Origin: a virus
Taxonomy: Duplodnaviria; Caudoviricetes
Reading direction: 5' to 3' (one strand)
IMG/VR virus record: IMGVR_UViG_3300036861_000061
Location: 1-53,611 of that record
DNA: 53,611 nucleotides
Shown here in pieces: positions 15,877 to 25,813 of this stretch; position 1 is the stretch's first letter, and each line of letters begins with the position of its first letter. The notes beneath the pieces are model-generated. The model ran no database searches and was not told where the DNA came from. It was given only the letters and a program-made list of their open reading frames with translations. A program made the translations under genes and the position numbers.

Positions 15877-16641
15877 TTAAACCGTTTGATCCATAACACC
15901 TAATTTTACTCTTTGTTTTCTATCTTGGATTGATTGATAGTGTTGTAAGAGAACTCTAAAATCGTCGAATGTGTCGGTAGATTCTACAATCTCGTAAGTT
16001 CCATCCACACAAAGTTGTAATATGCAACGTATATCAGCTGGGTCCTCTCCTGATTCTCGTTCTGCGTATTCATAGGCTTCTAACTGAGGGAAATACTGAT
16101 CTGAATAGACCCGCTTCCCTGTCTTAAGATCAAGTAGTGCCCCCTTGCCTTTATATGTACCCTTCCTACACCTACACTTAAGGTCAAAGGTACCAGCATA
16201 CTTGTACTCACGACTTCCGGTAATAACTTCTGATTCATATATCTCAGGATCGTTCTCAACCAGGAAGCGAGCTAATCCCACCATATAAGGATGCTCTTCT
16301 TCTGTATATTCCTCTAGCTCTAGAACTTTCTGTTCTGTAGCCCACTTCTCTAAGGCTCTATGGATTGCAGAGCCTCTCGTGCCCCCGCGCTGCATCATAT
16401 GATTGGTAGTAAGTTTTTCAGTAGTAAGAGCAGCAACACACTCTTCAGTACTTAACCCATAGAGACTATACCCACGTTCATAAATAAGAGTCAATAAACC
16501 ATTAACTCCAACCGTCATCCCCCACCACGACAAATCTTTGGGTACTGTATTTCTAATAATGGTGGTAACAGATGGATACTCAATACCATCTAAATAGTAC
16601 TTATGCTTACCAGATTGAAACTCAAACTCAGGTCTTGGCAT
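15877..16641 (-). CDS. PD-(D/E)XK exonuclease (RecB/Cas4-like phage exonuclease)
   Basis: YPSVTTI, RGSAIH, YAGTFDL, LLDLKTG, QLEAY. Confidence 0.88.
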   Translation of the reverse strand: MPRPEFEFQSGKHKYYLDGIEYPSVTTIIRNTVPKDLSWWGMTVGVNGLLTLIYERGYSLYGLSTEECVAALTTEKLTTNHMMQRGGTRGSAIHRALEKWATEQKVLELEEYTEEEHPYMVGLARFLVENDPEIYESEVITGSREYKYAGTFDLKCRCRKGTYKGKGALLDLKTGKRVYSDQYFPQLEAYEYAERESGEDPADIRCILQLCVDGTYEIVESTDTFDDFRVLLQHYQSIQDRKQRVKLGVMDQTV

Positions 16642-16873
16642 TCTCGATATCCTGAATCATCTGGCGAAGCATAGGAAGATTTAGTACTACATAAGGCATC
16701 TGTACTTCAAGCCTAATCCGATCTGGACCCAATCCCCAATCAGGGCTAGTAGAAGTAACAAGATCTACATAATTTTGTGTCACACTAAGTGGATAGTGTA
16801 AGGGATAGACCCTATCACCATTAGGTAAAAGAGTTCCTAGCTCAGTCTCGTTCCCACAATGAATACACTTCAT
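16628..16873 (-). CDS. Hypothetical protein
   Basis: CIHC N-terminus; GAGGGA SD. Confidence 0.6.
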   Translation of the reverse strand: MKCIHCGNETELGTLLPNGDRVYPLHYPLSVTQNYVDLVTSTSPDWGLGPDRIRLEVQMPYVVLNLPMLRQMIQDIENAKT

Positions 16874-16960
16874 AAGTCCCTCAACAATAGACTAGGACCC
16901 GAATTTCTTCAGGTCCTAGCGCTTGGTGAGCAGTTCCGCTCCTGAATTCTACGCCGCCCG

Positions 16961-17284
16961 TCAAGCCGGAGCGTCGCCGTTCTTCGACTTACGCACCCGC
17001 TTGGGCATCTCGGACAGCGGGACAGACTGAATGGCAACTCCACCATCAGTCGTAACACTCTTGATGTTAAGACCACGCCGCTCAGCAGCCTTACGAACAA
17101 CGTTAAGAATGGTTGCAGTCTTAGCTGTATAATCAGCCTTACCCTTCTCAACTTCTTCTTTAGTCCCCTGAACTAACTCAATGGGCTGTCCAGTTAACCA
17201 CGTATCATAAGGATACATTTCACCACGGCCCCCGCCCGCACCCTTACGGGTAACCTTAGGAAGCTCCTTCAATGTTTTAGGCAT
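16961..17284 (-). CDS. Small basic protein, paralog of 1158-1472
   Basis: GAGGAGG SD; YPYDTW and DYTAKT motifs. Confidence 0.8.
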   Translation of the reverse strand: MPKTLKELPKVTRKGAGGGRGEMYPYDTWLTGQPIELVQGTKEEVEKGKADYTAKTATILNVVRKAAERRGLNIKSVTTDGGVAIQSVPLSEMPKRVRKSKNGDAPA

Positions 17285-17299
17285 TCTACACCTCCTCTC

Positions 17300-17749
17300 T
17301 TATGCTGGTAGATCAAGTGACACGATGTAATCCCTAAGATCCTCTGCCTTCTCAGGAGTCAATTGTTTCACAGCACGTTCTAGATTATTTATACCCTTAA
17401 TACCCATACTTGTCATCTTATTCTTAATCATAGGATGAAGTGCAGTATCAGTCTCTTTTATAACAGTTACAATCTTCTTAGCCTGAATATCATCTATAAC
17501 AACTTCAGTAGGATTACCATTAGACTTCACATCTTTATTTACATCCTTACGAGCTTCACGAAATGCTACTGCATTCTTTATGTCTCGTTCAAAATCATCC
17601 GTCAAACCAACTACAAAACCCCACGCCTGTTCAAAACTAGGTACTTCCTTCGCCGGCAACCTACTAACAATCGTGTGAACCAAACGCAAAGCCATTTCCT
17701 GCGAGTGCTGGCGCTGAATCTGCGCCGTCCGAATCTCATCGGGATTCAT
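17300..17749 (-). CDS. Hypothetical protein
   Basis: GGAGGA SD; 149 aa. Confidence 0.7.
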   Translation of the reverse strand: MNPDEIRTAQIQRQHSQEMALRLVHTIVSRLPAKEVPSFEQAWGFVVGLTDDFERDIKNAVAFREARKDVNKDVKSNGNPTEVVIDDIQAKKIVTVIKETDTALHPMIKNKMTSMGIKGINNLERAVKQLTPEKAEDLRDYIVSLDLPA

Positions 17750-17761
17750 CGTTCCTCCACT

Positions 17762-18214
17762 TTAGAACAATCTACCGTCAGTGTCAAGAGGTTTTATCCA
17801 AATCAATGTACGCGCCGTTGGCGACCACCTTCGCTCCATATTAACTTTAGCTACTTGCACATCATCCTTCCACGCCCTCCCGTTGAGTGCATCCATGATT
17901 AATTTTAAAGCATTATCAATATCAGGCTTACGATTACGAGGTATAGGATGACGCTTACCAGTAGTATTGAGTAATCCCTTGCTCGTAAAATGACTATTAG
18001 GGCGCTCAACGAACAAAGTAATACTAAGACCAATTGCAATATCGTCAAACCTTGCAAGATTCTTAGCCTCCCAATGCCTTCTTATCTCCCCCTCTGCTAA
18101 CTCCGTTTTCTTTGGAGTATAACTCCAAGTCTTCCCTCCCTTACTTACCGTCCTGGCCCGATCCTTACCTTCAGGCTTACCAGGAATATCTAACATGACG
18201 TGATTATGAGTCAT
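17762..18214 (-). CDS. rusA: RusA-family Holliday junction resolvase
   Basis: IPGKPEGKDRAR and KPDIDNALKLIMDALNG..WKDDVQV. Confidence 0.92.
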   Translation of the reverse strand: MTHNHVMLDIPGKPEGKDRARTVSKGGKTWSYTPKKTELAEGEIRRHWEAKNLARFDDIAIGLSITLFVERPNSHFTSKGLLNTTGKRHPIPRNRKPDIDNALKLIMDALNGRAWKDDVQVAKVNMERRWSPTARTLIWIKPLDTDGRLF

Positions 18215-18385
18215 TCTGGCAAAATTTTATCTAAAAATTCCTTGGTTTTAGCATTCTGTTCATCAACACGCTTAGCAGAGACTATATCCTTAGTAACCCA
18301 AAGTAAGAATGCACCATCCTTTTCTTCCACTAGTTTAATTCCCTCGCACTCGAACCACTGTTGCAGTTTAGGCATAAACTGAGAC

Positions 18386-18721
18386 TCAATCTTTACCAGA
18401 ATCATCATTCCGTTTACCCCACTTCATCCAATTAGGTTGTAACTTCTGCCTCTTCTTAGTATGATCTGCAAAGGTCCTACTACCACTAATAAAGGCATCG
18501 GGATTATTCCTAAGAAGGATATCTCTATGACGAGCACAAACAAAAGCCGTTATAGCACGCTTAGCAAGTTCCTTAACTCTCTTTCCTCCCTTTTCTTTAT
18601 AACGATTACGCTCCTTCTCAAGAGTTATCTCAGCAACAGCAACATCACCACACCATTGACAAAGATGATTCCCACTTTCAATTTCCGGTACTGGAATTGT
18701 TGTCTGTTCTATCTCTTTCAT
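18386..18721 (-). CDS. Hypothetical Zn-binding protein
   Basis: CQWC...CARH. Confidence 0.6.
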   Translation of the reverse strand: MKEIEQTTIPVPEIESGNHLCQWCGDVAVAEITLEKERNRYKEKGGKRVKELAKRAITAFVCARHRDILLRNNPDAFISGSRTFADHTKKRQKLQPNWMKWGKRNDDSGKD

Positions 18722-18724
18722 AGA

Positions 18725-19015
18725 TCAGGTAGAACCACCAATAAGATGACGATATGCACGGGCTATTCCTCCGGCCTCTCTAACGGCTTGAATCTGTTCA
18801 TCCAAGCTAAGAACGGGGAGGATATCAAGCTGTCCCCCATCATATCTTGTGTGACATGTTCGGCAGAGAGGTATAATATTGGATAATTCCATGGTTCCAC
18901 CCAAACTTCTAGGCCAGATATGGGCTGGATCGAGAGGACCACCGCTGCCGCAGTATCGGCACTGTCCCTCATCGGTTACCTTTTCTATTAGAGGTTTCCA
19001 ATTTCTACGAGACAC
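18725..19015 (-). CDS. HNH endonuclease
   Basis: CRYC, AHIWPRSLGG, NIIPLCRTCH. Confidence 0.85.
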   Translation of the reverse strand: MSRRNWKPLIEKVTDEGQCRYCGSGGPLDPAHIWPRSLGGTMELSNIIPLCRTCHTRYDGGQLDILPVLSLDEQIQAVREAGGIARAYRHLIGGST

Positions 19016-19164
19016 GAACGTGGCCGTGCCGAGTTTCTACATATAGATAGATATTAAATCCATTCTCAAGTTTAATATCCTCACATATCTCATTCATCAT
19101 TTTATCAGCCATATCTCTATCATTAGCATAGAAGTAATGACAATCACCAACAGGTGAGACCAGT

Positions 19165-19485
19165 TTAATCCGATATTTCATTTAATTTTAAACCCTTATG
19201 ATATGCCATAGTTCCATATCTACGGTCAAATCCATTACAATAACGATGAGCAAGACGAAGATTCTCTAATGTCGAATTGCCACCGTCCCTAAGGGGTTTT
19301 ATGTGATCTATAGTTGCTGACCATTTACTTTCATCCCTTAAGGTTACATCTATCTCTCGCCCACAAAAGGGACAAAGGATTAAAGGGCCGTCCCTATCTA
19401 TTAACCTTTGAAATGCTCGTCGCTTTCTCTTGGAATTGTAAGCAGCCTCACGCTTTCTTATTTTTTGCTGTCCCTGTCGTTCCAC
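19165..19485 (-). CDS. HNH endonuclease
   Basis: CPFCG, TIDHIKPLRDGG, NLRLAHRYCN. Confidence 0.9.
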   Translation of the reverse strand: MERQGQQKIRKREAAYNSKRKRRAFQRLIDRDGPLILCPFCGREIDVTLRDESKWSATIDHIKPLRDGGNSTLENLRLAHRYCNGFDRRYGTMAYHKGLKLNEISD

Positions 19486-19803
19486 TATTACGTCCTCTCT
19501 TACCGGGGCGATGACGACGGCAACGGAACCTAGACTTGACTAAACGGTCTTTATGTACCCCGCACTCGGGGCATCTCTCATCACGATAACGAGCAAACCG
19601 CGCTTTACATCTATTACATATCATAATGTGGTTCTTCACCCCCTAATACTCGTACCGCGTCATCCACATGCCCTCCCAACCAACCATCCGCATCCTGCTG
19701 CTTCTCTATATACTTAAGTGCAAGTGCAATCCTTGCACGTAGAGCAAGGATTTCATCTCGCAACTCATCCACATAGTCCCCAGCCTCCTGCCAATACGGC
19801 ATC

Positions 19804-20070
19804 TCAGTCATCAGTACCTTCAACCTTGGGCACCGAGGAGGAGATTATATTCGGGCCACGATTATAACTTACCACACAAATTATGTGGTCTGGATTTACA
19901 TATTCAAATCCATCAGCTTTATCAGGTGATGGCTTAATTCGAAGATATCTTCCATCAGCCCTCATTTTCTCTTGTACTTCCACCACATCGCGCGGTTCAC
20001 GTTCATCCAAGAAGTAGAAACCATCCGTGGTTTTAATTATACTACGAGGCATAGGCAATCTCACTCTCAC
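19804..20070 (-). CDS. Hypothetical protein
   Basis: ORF track. Confidence 0.55.
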   Translation of the reverse strand: MRVRLPMPRSIIKTTDGFYFLDEREPRDVVEVQEKMRADGRYLRIKPSPDKADGFEYVNPDHIICVVSYNRGPNIISSSVPKVEGTDD

Positions 20071-20314
20071 GGCCCATAACTAACAGGGTTATATACACCA
20101 TAGAAAAAGCGTCTATCGCGGCCTCATAAAGATCCAGTCCTTCATCCATTCTCTTGACCACTATTGGATCTATATATTCACCCAAAGAGCACACAATGAA
20201 TTTAACGTAGTCTTTACTGTCTATAAAGCCAAACGACTTAACAAGAGTTTCATAATCCTCCGCCGCGTTTACAATATCGACAGCCCGGTCAAATACTTCT
20301 TTAGCATCAGACAT
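20042..20314 (-). CDS. Hypothetical protein
   Basis: ORF coupled to the amidase stop. Confidence 0.6.
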   Translation of the reverse strand: MSDAKEVFDRAVDIVNAAEDYETLVKSFGFIDSKDYVKFIVCSLGEYIDPIVVKRMDEGLDLYEAAIDAFSMVYITLLVMGRESEIAYAS

Positions 20315-20843
20315 GATTTAAATCATCCATATAAGCCATTAGTTTAAATCCTGGACATTCAGTACTTGCACCCGGAGCCTGCTGGTGGCCTCGTACTGGT
20401 AGGTCTTCTCTTGTTTGTGCTTTAATCCAACGAACAAAGGACCTAAGTCTACTCTTAGTGTCTTCAAGAAGCTCATCGTCAGGTCCAATAGCAACCACAA
20501 TGGCGACTGTCCCTTGATTATGACCAAGTTGTGCGGCAGGTGTGTATCCACCACCACGGGCAACCCATAACGAGTCTCCCATGTCGAGTGATCCTCGGGG
20601 TTGAAAGCAGGCGTAGTTATATCCAATATCACACCATCCTCTACCGACTTGATGAAACTGTTGCCAGCTACGTAATTGAGCTATAGCTTCTGACCTGGAA
20701 TCCAGGTGTCTATAGGTTTCAGGAATAGCACCCGGCCAGTGGATATACAATTCATGAACTTCACTCCATGGTCGTCTGTCCATATCGCAGCGCGGCGGGC
20801 GAGCATTCCAGTCTTCTCGACTGTTGATAGTTAGGTCGCTCAT
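20307..20843 (-). CDS. N-acetylmuramoyl-L-alanine amidase (PGRP/Amidase_2-like), probable endolysin
   Basis: SREDWNARPP, LYIHW, QQFHQVGRGWCDIGYN, GHQ...STECPG. Confidence 0.88.
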   Translation of the reverse strand: MSDLTINSREDWNARPPRCDMDRRPWSEVHELYIHWPGAIPETYRHLDSRSEAIAQLRSWQQFHQVGRGWCDIGYNYACFQPRGSLDMGDSLWVARGGGYTPAAQLGHNQGTVAIVVAIGPDDELLEDTKSRLRSFVRWIKAQTREDLPVRGHQQAPGASTECPGFKLMAYMDDLNHV

Positions 20844-20902
20844 TAGATCATCCTAGCATTCGACATAGGTTATATGCAAACATCTTTTTTGAACCTTCAG
20901 CT

Positions 20903-21526
20903 TTAATCATCAGCATCCATTGGTCTGAGTAATCTTTGGGCAATCAATTTCTTAATAGCTTTCTCAACACTTCTATCTTCAGTGATAACAGTAGGACGGC
21001 CAAGCAAGTTTTGAAGCTTAGCTACATTTTCAGCCTTAACTCGTGCAAGATTAAACGCTGCTTGTGACGCATCTTTTGCAGTAATAGGTTTGTTTCCTTC
21101 AAGTCCTTCGACAATTCTTGCAATTGCAAGCTTCTCCGCTTCATCGGCTTGACGGATGGTATCTCGCAAGTCGTGGACCATCTCATCTTCTGATTGTTTC
21201 GAGAAATTCTCTCTGATCCTCTTATAGTCCTCAGCAAAATCACCCTCTGCCCAACTCTTCATTTGTTGACGAGTAACTTCATAACCCTGCTCAGCCATAA
21301 CACGTATAGCCTGAGGGAACTTACCAGCATTATATGCTAAAGCTGTAAGCGACTTAATAATAATCTTAGTTGTAACATTATCCTTTGTTACTTTAATAAG
21401 ATCCTTAGGTTCATCAAATCCTTCTAGGGATTCATAACCCTCTGTACTAATAGGGCCACTAGCATGCTGATTCCCCCGACGGAATTCGGGGTCATCTCCT
21501 GGGAATTGTCCAAGTATTCTAGGCAT
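20903..21526 (-). CDS. Helical protein, possible DNA-binding or small-terminase-like
   Basis: HTH-like YEVTRQQMKSW and C-terminal KLQNLLGRPTVITE; function inferred only. Confidence 0.4.
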   Translation of the reverse strand: MPRILGQFPGDDPEFRRGNQHASGPISTEGYESLEGFDEPKDLIKVTKDNVTTKIIIKSLTALAYNAGKFPQAIRVMAEQGYEVTRQQMKSWAEGDFAEDYKRIRENFSKQSEDEMVHDLRDTIRQADEAEKLAIARIVEGLEGNKPITAKDASQAAFNLARVKAENVAKLQNLLGRPTVITEDRSVEKAIKKLIAQRLLRPMDADD

Positions 21527-22538
21527 TGCTTTTGTCCTCTATCCCGAAGTATCTTTCTACATACCTCGAGAATTTATTCATCAGAGTAGGCTCACCAGAC
21601 ACATCTATTGCTTCATTCTTATAATGGTATGAATGGGGAGCATGTACAGGGTGAACACCGCCAAACGCTGGATTCTCTCCAACATGAAGTCCCATAGATT
21701 GCGCAATTTTACCCAGGCGTACAACAGTCTTAGGACCCGCAGCTAAATGAACATGGTTTTTATGACCCTCCCAAACCGCACCATACACATTCGCACCATT
21801 GACAACTTGCCCATTTTTAACAGCAAAACCAGGACCATTACCAGTATTATGAATAAGCTCAAAAAGAGGGCTATGGCCAGAAGGTCTTGCTCCTGCGCCC
21901 ATTGTATCAGACGAGGTTGGAGGGGCCCCTGGACTGGGGGTGGTTACCTGTCTAGTACGCTCGATAGGTTCGTCAACACTAATCGCACCAGTACGCAGGA
22001 GCAAGTTGTTTGGGTTTCTACTCTGCAAAAATTGTGCAAGAGCAACCCTACGTTGAGCTTCGGGATCTAATTCGGTAACAGTATGTGTACTAGACCCTGT
22101 GCCACTAGATACACCGCCGACACGAAGATTAGGTATAGAACTACTGCTAGGAACACTTGATAAAGGTCGTGCACTATCTATCGTCCTTTCTGCAAGGCCG
22201 CCAGTACCCCAAGGACTATTAGCAACAGCGCGGCCAATAGCATGAAGGTTATTACCTTGAAGAGCATTAAGTATGTTACTATATCTGCCATTCTTTAACG
22301 TCTTGACGGTAGCTGCTATACCTTGATTCCAATCACGATAGACTTTGATATTACCCTGGGTACCGGTGTTACCGGCACCACGCATAGGCAAAGTTGTATT
22401 AAGGGGGTTGAATTTAGCATCATTCTTCCAGTGACCACCTTCAGCGTTCATCCATCCTACCATCGCAGCAGTGTTAACTCGATTAGGCTTAATACCTAAT
22501 CCATGAAGCACATTAACTGCAAAGGTAACTTTATCCAT
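21519..22538 (-). CDS. Two-domain peptidoglycan hydrolase (lysozyme-like plus M15-like Zn peptidase), probably virion-associated
   Basis: WMNAEGG...FNPLNTT...QGIAATVKTL...SPWGT; Ser/Gly/Thr linker; HKNHVH and HSYHY...AIDVS. Confidence 0.7.
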   Translation of the reverse strand: MDKVTFAVNVLHGLGIKPNRVNTAAMVGWMNAEGGHWKNDAKFNPLNTTLPMRGAGNTGTQGNIKVYRDWNQGIAATVKTLKNGRYSNILNALQGNNLHAIGRAVANSPWGTGGLAERTIDSARPLSSVPSSSSIPNLRVGGVSSGTGSSTHTVTELDPEAQRRVALAQFLQSRNPNNLLLRTGAISVDEPIERTRQVTTPSPGAPPTSSDTMGAGARPSGHSPLFELIHNTGNGPGFAVKNGQVVNGANVYGAVWEGHKNHVHLAAGPKTVVRLGKIAQSMGLHVGENPAFGGVHPVHAPHSYHYKNEAIDVSGEPTLMNKFSRYVERYFGIEDKSNA

Positions 22539-22741
22539 TACAATAAAATAGGAATAACAAGATTATGAGGACAGCCTTTATCAAGCAGCACGGCCACGTC
22601 AACCAAAGAAAGATTATTCGCTGCGGCCAGTAGTTCAGCTTCTTTCCATTCAAAATCCAAGCTTTTAGCTATACGTAATCTATATTGAAATATAGACTCT
22701 TTAGGTTCTCTCTGTAATATTATGGGAGTATACTTACCCAC
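22538..22741 (-). CDS. Small hypothetical protein
   Basis: ORF track; ends LLDKGCPHNLVIPILL. Confidence 0.6.
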   Translation of the reverse strand: MGKYTPIILQREPKESIFQYRLRIAKSLDFEWKEAELLAAANNLSLVDVAVLLDKGCPHNLVIPILL

Positions 22742-22970
22742 ACAGTATTCTCCTGTAATTATAGCTCCAAGGAGCCATACTTATCCATATAAGCCCTAAG
22801 GGGCTATAACATATATATTAACTTATCTATTTCTATTAAAATATACAGCCCGAAGGGCTATAAGTTATATTAGTATAGGCCTCCGGCCTATTGCGCGTAC
22901 GCGCGAGGCCAGACTCAATTTTCCCCCTCAGAGCGTCTTCCCGCTGATCCCTCTAGCTGACAAGTAAAAA

Positions 22971-25466
22971 TTATTTATACCCGTACTTTTCAAGTAGGTT
23001 CCCTCCTGTAGATTTACCACTTTCAAAGCCATATTTATTAAGTAGACCACTTTTATCCTTACCCCCCTTGCTAGGTGCAATAGTTGTAAATGGATTAGCT
23101 TGTTGTCTTAATCTACTTAATGGGGTACCTTCTATTTTCTTAGATTTAGACATATTAGGTAGTCTAACTCCACTAGCAGCATCAGCATATCTTACAAAAG
23201 GTATTTGTTGTTCAATAGCAGAAACTACTGCTGCTATAAATGGAACAGCTTGACCATTATAAGCGAGTTTATCACCTTTCCAGTCGGTACCTTTTAGATT
23301 ATCAATCATTGATGCATATTGAGGAATGACTGCATCAGCTAGAGTTCCAAAAAGACCAGTTTCACTTTGAAATACACCAGAGGGGATATAGTGACCAAGA
23401 CGAAGAAGTTCTCCCTTTTTCTTTGAGGGAACCGAACCTTGCAGGTATCCAGGTGTATGAGCATCTGCTCCAGTAAATTGTCCTACAGATTTTCTCCATT
23501 CTTCTGTAATCTGATTCTGTGCTGCTATAGCAGCAGTTAAAACTGGATGATCGGTAGGAAGCACATGATATAAGAAATCAATAGCATTTTTTGTCCAAGC
23601 GATAAATGGAGTGAATGTACCAATTAAGTATTTCTCCCTTGGAGAGAACTTACCATAGCGTCCATACATACGGTCAATATCTCTACCAAGCTTTACTTGA
23701 TGATTGGTATTTTTTAATCCTTGAATAGCTTCATCCATAGCAGCTTTAGATCTAAAAGCCATTCCTCTAGGTATCATACGATTATTACGCAAGGCTTGAC
23801 CAAGCATAGCAGTTTGAAATTGTGATTCTACTCTACCATTGACAGTTTCAAAGACAAACCTAGTGTAAGCACTCCAGGCCCTAGAAAGACCTTTAGGATT
23901 ACCCTCAGCTATTTCATGAGCACCTTTAGCAAGATCAGCTACACTAGTACCTGCTAAATGGTAGTGACCACCAGCAATGGTACGAGCTTTAAATTCATCT
24001 CGCTTCCATGCTTCTAAAGTACCTTCCTTAACCTGTTGATCCATTCTCTTAAGGATACGTTTAGCTGCGACGTAATCAATTAAACCAGAACGAGATACAA
24101 GAGAACGGAAGGTAGCTTCAAGTATATTACCTGTCATCCACTTGGGTGATGTACCAAGAACAACTTGTCTAAACTGCTTACCCCATGTACTAAAAGAAGA
24201 AGGAACTCTACCACCAATAGTGATGTGTTCCATATATCGAGAAGCAACATCTTTAGGAACAGCTACCCAGTACTCCTGTCCATTTTTCTCTCCCCACCTG
24301 AAGGGCTCATATTCCATTCCCTGTTTCTTCGCCTGCTGAACAGCAAGTCTACGAGCGCTTTCCTGATTCGTCTTGACTACAGGCTTACCCATAGGGAAAT
24401 TATTATCAGCAGTAGTAAGATCTTTGTGAGAGAATTCGCGGCCAATGACTTCAGATGGAAGATGTCCTGAACCCCAACCAGCGGCCATCGCCTCATCTAC
24501 ACGACGCTGAACCTCACCCCTACCAATACCATAACGTTTCTGTTCAGCACTCGTCATAGGACGAGTAGTAGGTTCTTGACGTCCACGAATACCTTTTCCT
24601 CTCATTATATCTTCTACACCGGTGGTACCAAGAGTTGCAATCTCTCCCCTAGTACCGATAACACGTAGAGGAGTCTTTACTAAAGGTGACAACATTAATA
24701 CTGTAGAAACAGGATTGTTCTTAGCAAACTGACCAGGATGATGATAAAGTTCTACATAGGACTGAGCAGTCATACTGACGGCTTTAGGTATTCCTCCCGG
24801 TGCACCACCGGGAGCAGCGACAGACCCTAGACGATATATAGAAGCAGGAAGATTAGCTGGAATATCTATAAGTTCTCTACCAACATTTGCTACTACTTCA
24901 TTTGCAGTCTTAGCAGGACCTTTAATTCCTGCAATATCTAATCCCTTTAAAGCAAGAGCAACATTAGGAAATAGACTAGTTGCTGCAATTTTAGCTCCTA
25001 GTTCAGAAGCACCACGAATAGTTCCTAGAAGTCCACCACCCTCCTTTTGTCTTTTATGGTAATCAATTATAGCACCTGCTAAAGCAATATCGGTATTAGA
25101 GGGTATGTCGTGCTGTGCACGACTTCTTGCTAATTCTTCATTACGCGCCATACGGGCCGCGTGGGTATGCAAGACGGCTGCCTGCTCCACTGAAGGGCTG
25201 AAAACGTGCTGAGCACGGGCTACGGCGGCCTGACGGGCCGGCAGAGGAGCGCTCTCGTATGCCCGTGTGACGTCATGGCGATACTGTGGAGTCTTTTTGA
25301 ACTTCTCAGCCCTGTTTAAATCTTTAGCACTCTTTACATCGCGTACTTGAGAAGGAGTTTTAGGAATGATGTGTTTTTTAACTTCACCATCACTACGTGA
25401 TCCGGTTTTAACTGGACCAACCCTTTTCCCAGATTTATCAAATCCAGGTTCTGGCGGAAGAGCCAT
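22971..25466 (-). CDS. Large internal virion/ejection protein
   Basis: 831 aa, Ala/Gly/Lys-rich, at the end of a podovirus-like structural operon. Confidence 0.6.
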   Translation of the reverse strand: MALPPEPGFDKSGKRVGPVKTGSRSDGEVKKHIIPKTPSQVRDVKSAKDLNRAEKFKKTPQYRHDVTRAYESAPLPARQAAVARAQHVFSPSVEQAAVLHTHAARMARNEELARSRAQHDIPSNTDIALAGAIIDYHKRQKEGGGLLGTIRGASELGAKIAATSLFPNVALALKGLDIAGIKGPAKTANEVVANVGRELIDIPANLPASIYRLGSVAAPGGAPGGIPKAVSMTAQSYVELYHHPGQFAKNNPVSTVLMLSPLVKTPLRVIGTRGEIATLGTTGVEDIMRGKGIRGRQEPTTRPMTSAEQKRYGIGRGEVQRRVDEAMAAGWGSGHLPSEVIGREFSHKDLTTADNNFPMGKPVVKTNQESARRLAVQQAKKQGMEYEPFRWGEKNGQEYWVAVPKDVASRYMEHITIGGRVPSSFSTWGKQFRQVVLGTSPKWMTGNILEATFRSLVSRSGLIDYVAAKRILKRMDQQVKEGTLEAWKRDEFKARTIAGGHYHLAGTSVADLAKGAHEIAEGNPKGLSRAWSAYTRFVFETVNGRVESQFQTAMLGQALRNNRMIPRGMAFRSKAAMDEAIQGLKNTNHQVKLGRDIDRMYGRYGKFSPREKYLIGTFTPFIAWTKNAIDFLYHVLPTDHPVLTAAIAAQNQITEEWRKSVGQFTGADAHTPGYLQGSVPSKKKGELLRLGHYIPSGVFQSETGLFGTLADAVIPQYASMIDNLKGTDWKGDKLAYNGQAVPFIAAVVSAIEQQIPFVRYADAASGVRLPNMSKSKKIEGTPLSRLRQQANPFTTIAPSKGGKDKSGLLNKYGFESGKSTGGNLLEKYGYK

Positions 25467-25813
25467 CAGTTTCCACCGGTAGGAGCGTTTGCATTCATCC
25501 AGTCATTCACACTCACTCCATTTACTTCAACGTCACAAACCCAACGAGTAAATGATCTATTACCTTCTTCCTGAATTGCCGTTGGAAAAGCTTGATAGAC
25601 AGAATTAAGTACTACTTCCTGTCCTCCAATTCGAGATTCCAATAATCCCTTAGCTATATCTCCGCCGACCTGATTCAATTCAGGAGCAGAATAGTTATGT
25701 AATCTTACGTCAATTTCAGCACGTACAAAAAAATCAAGGCGAACCATTGCATGGAAGGTATCACCATCATGTACGTTTAAAACTGTAGCTTTATGAATAT
25801 GGTCGGGTATCAT
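25466..25813 (-). CDS. Thermonuclease (SNase-like)
   Basis: VHDGDT, VRLHNYSAPEL, FTRWVCDV, VNDWM. Confidence 0.85.
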   Translation of the reverse strand: MIPDHIHKATVLNVHDGDTFHAMVRLDFFVRAEIDVRLHNYSAPELNQVGGDIAKGLLESRIGGQEVVLNSVYQAFPTAIQEEGNRSFTRWVCDVEVNGVSVNDWMNANAPTGGN

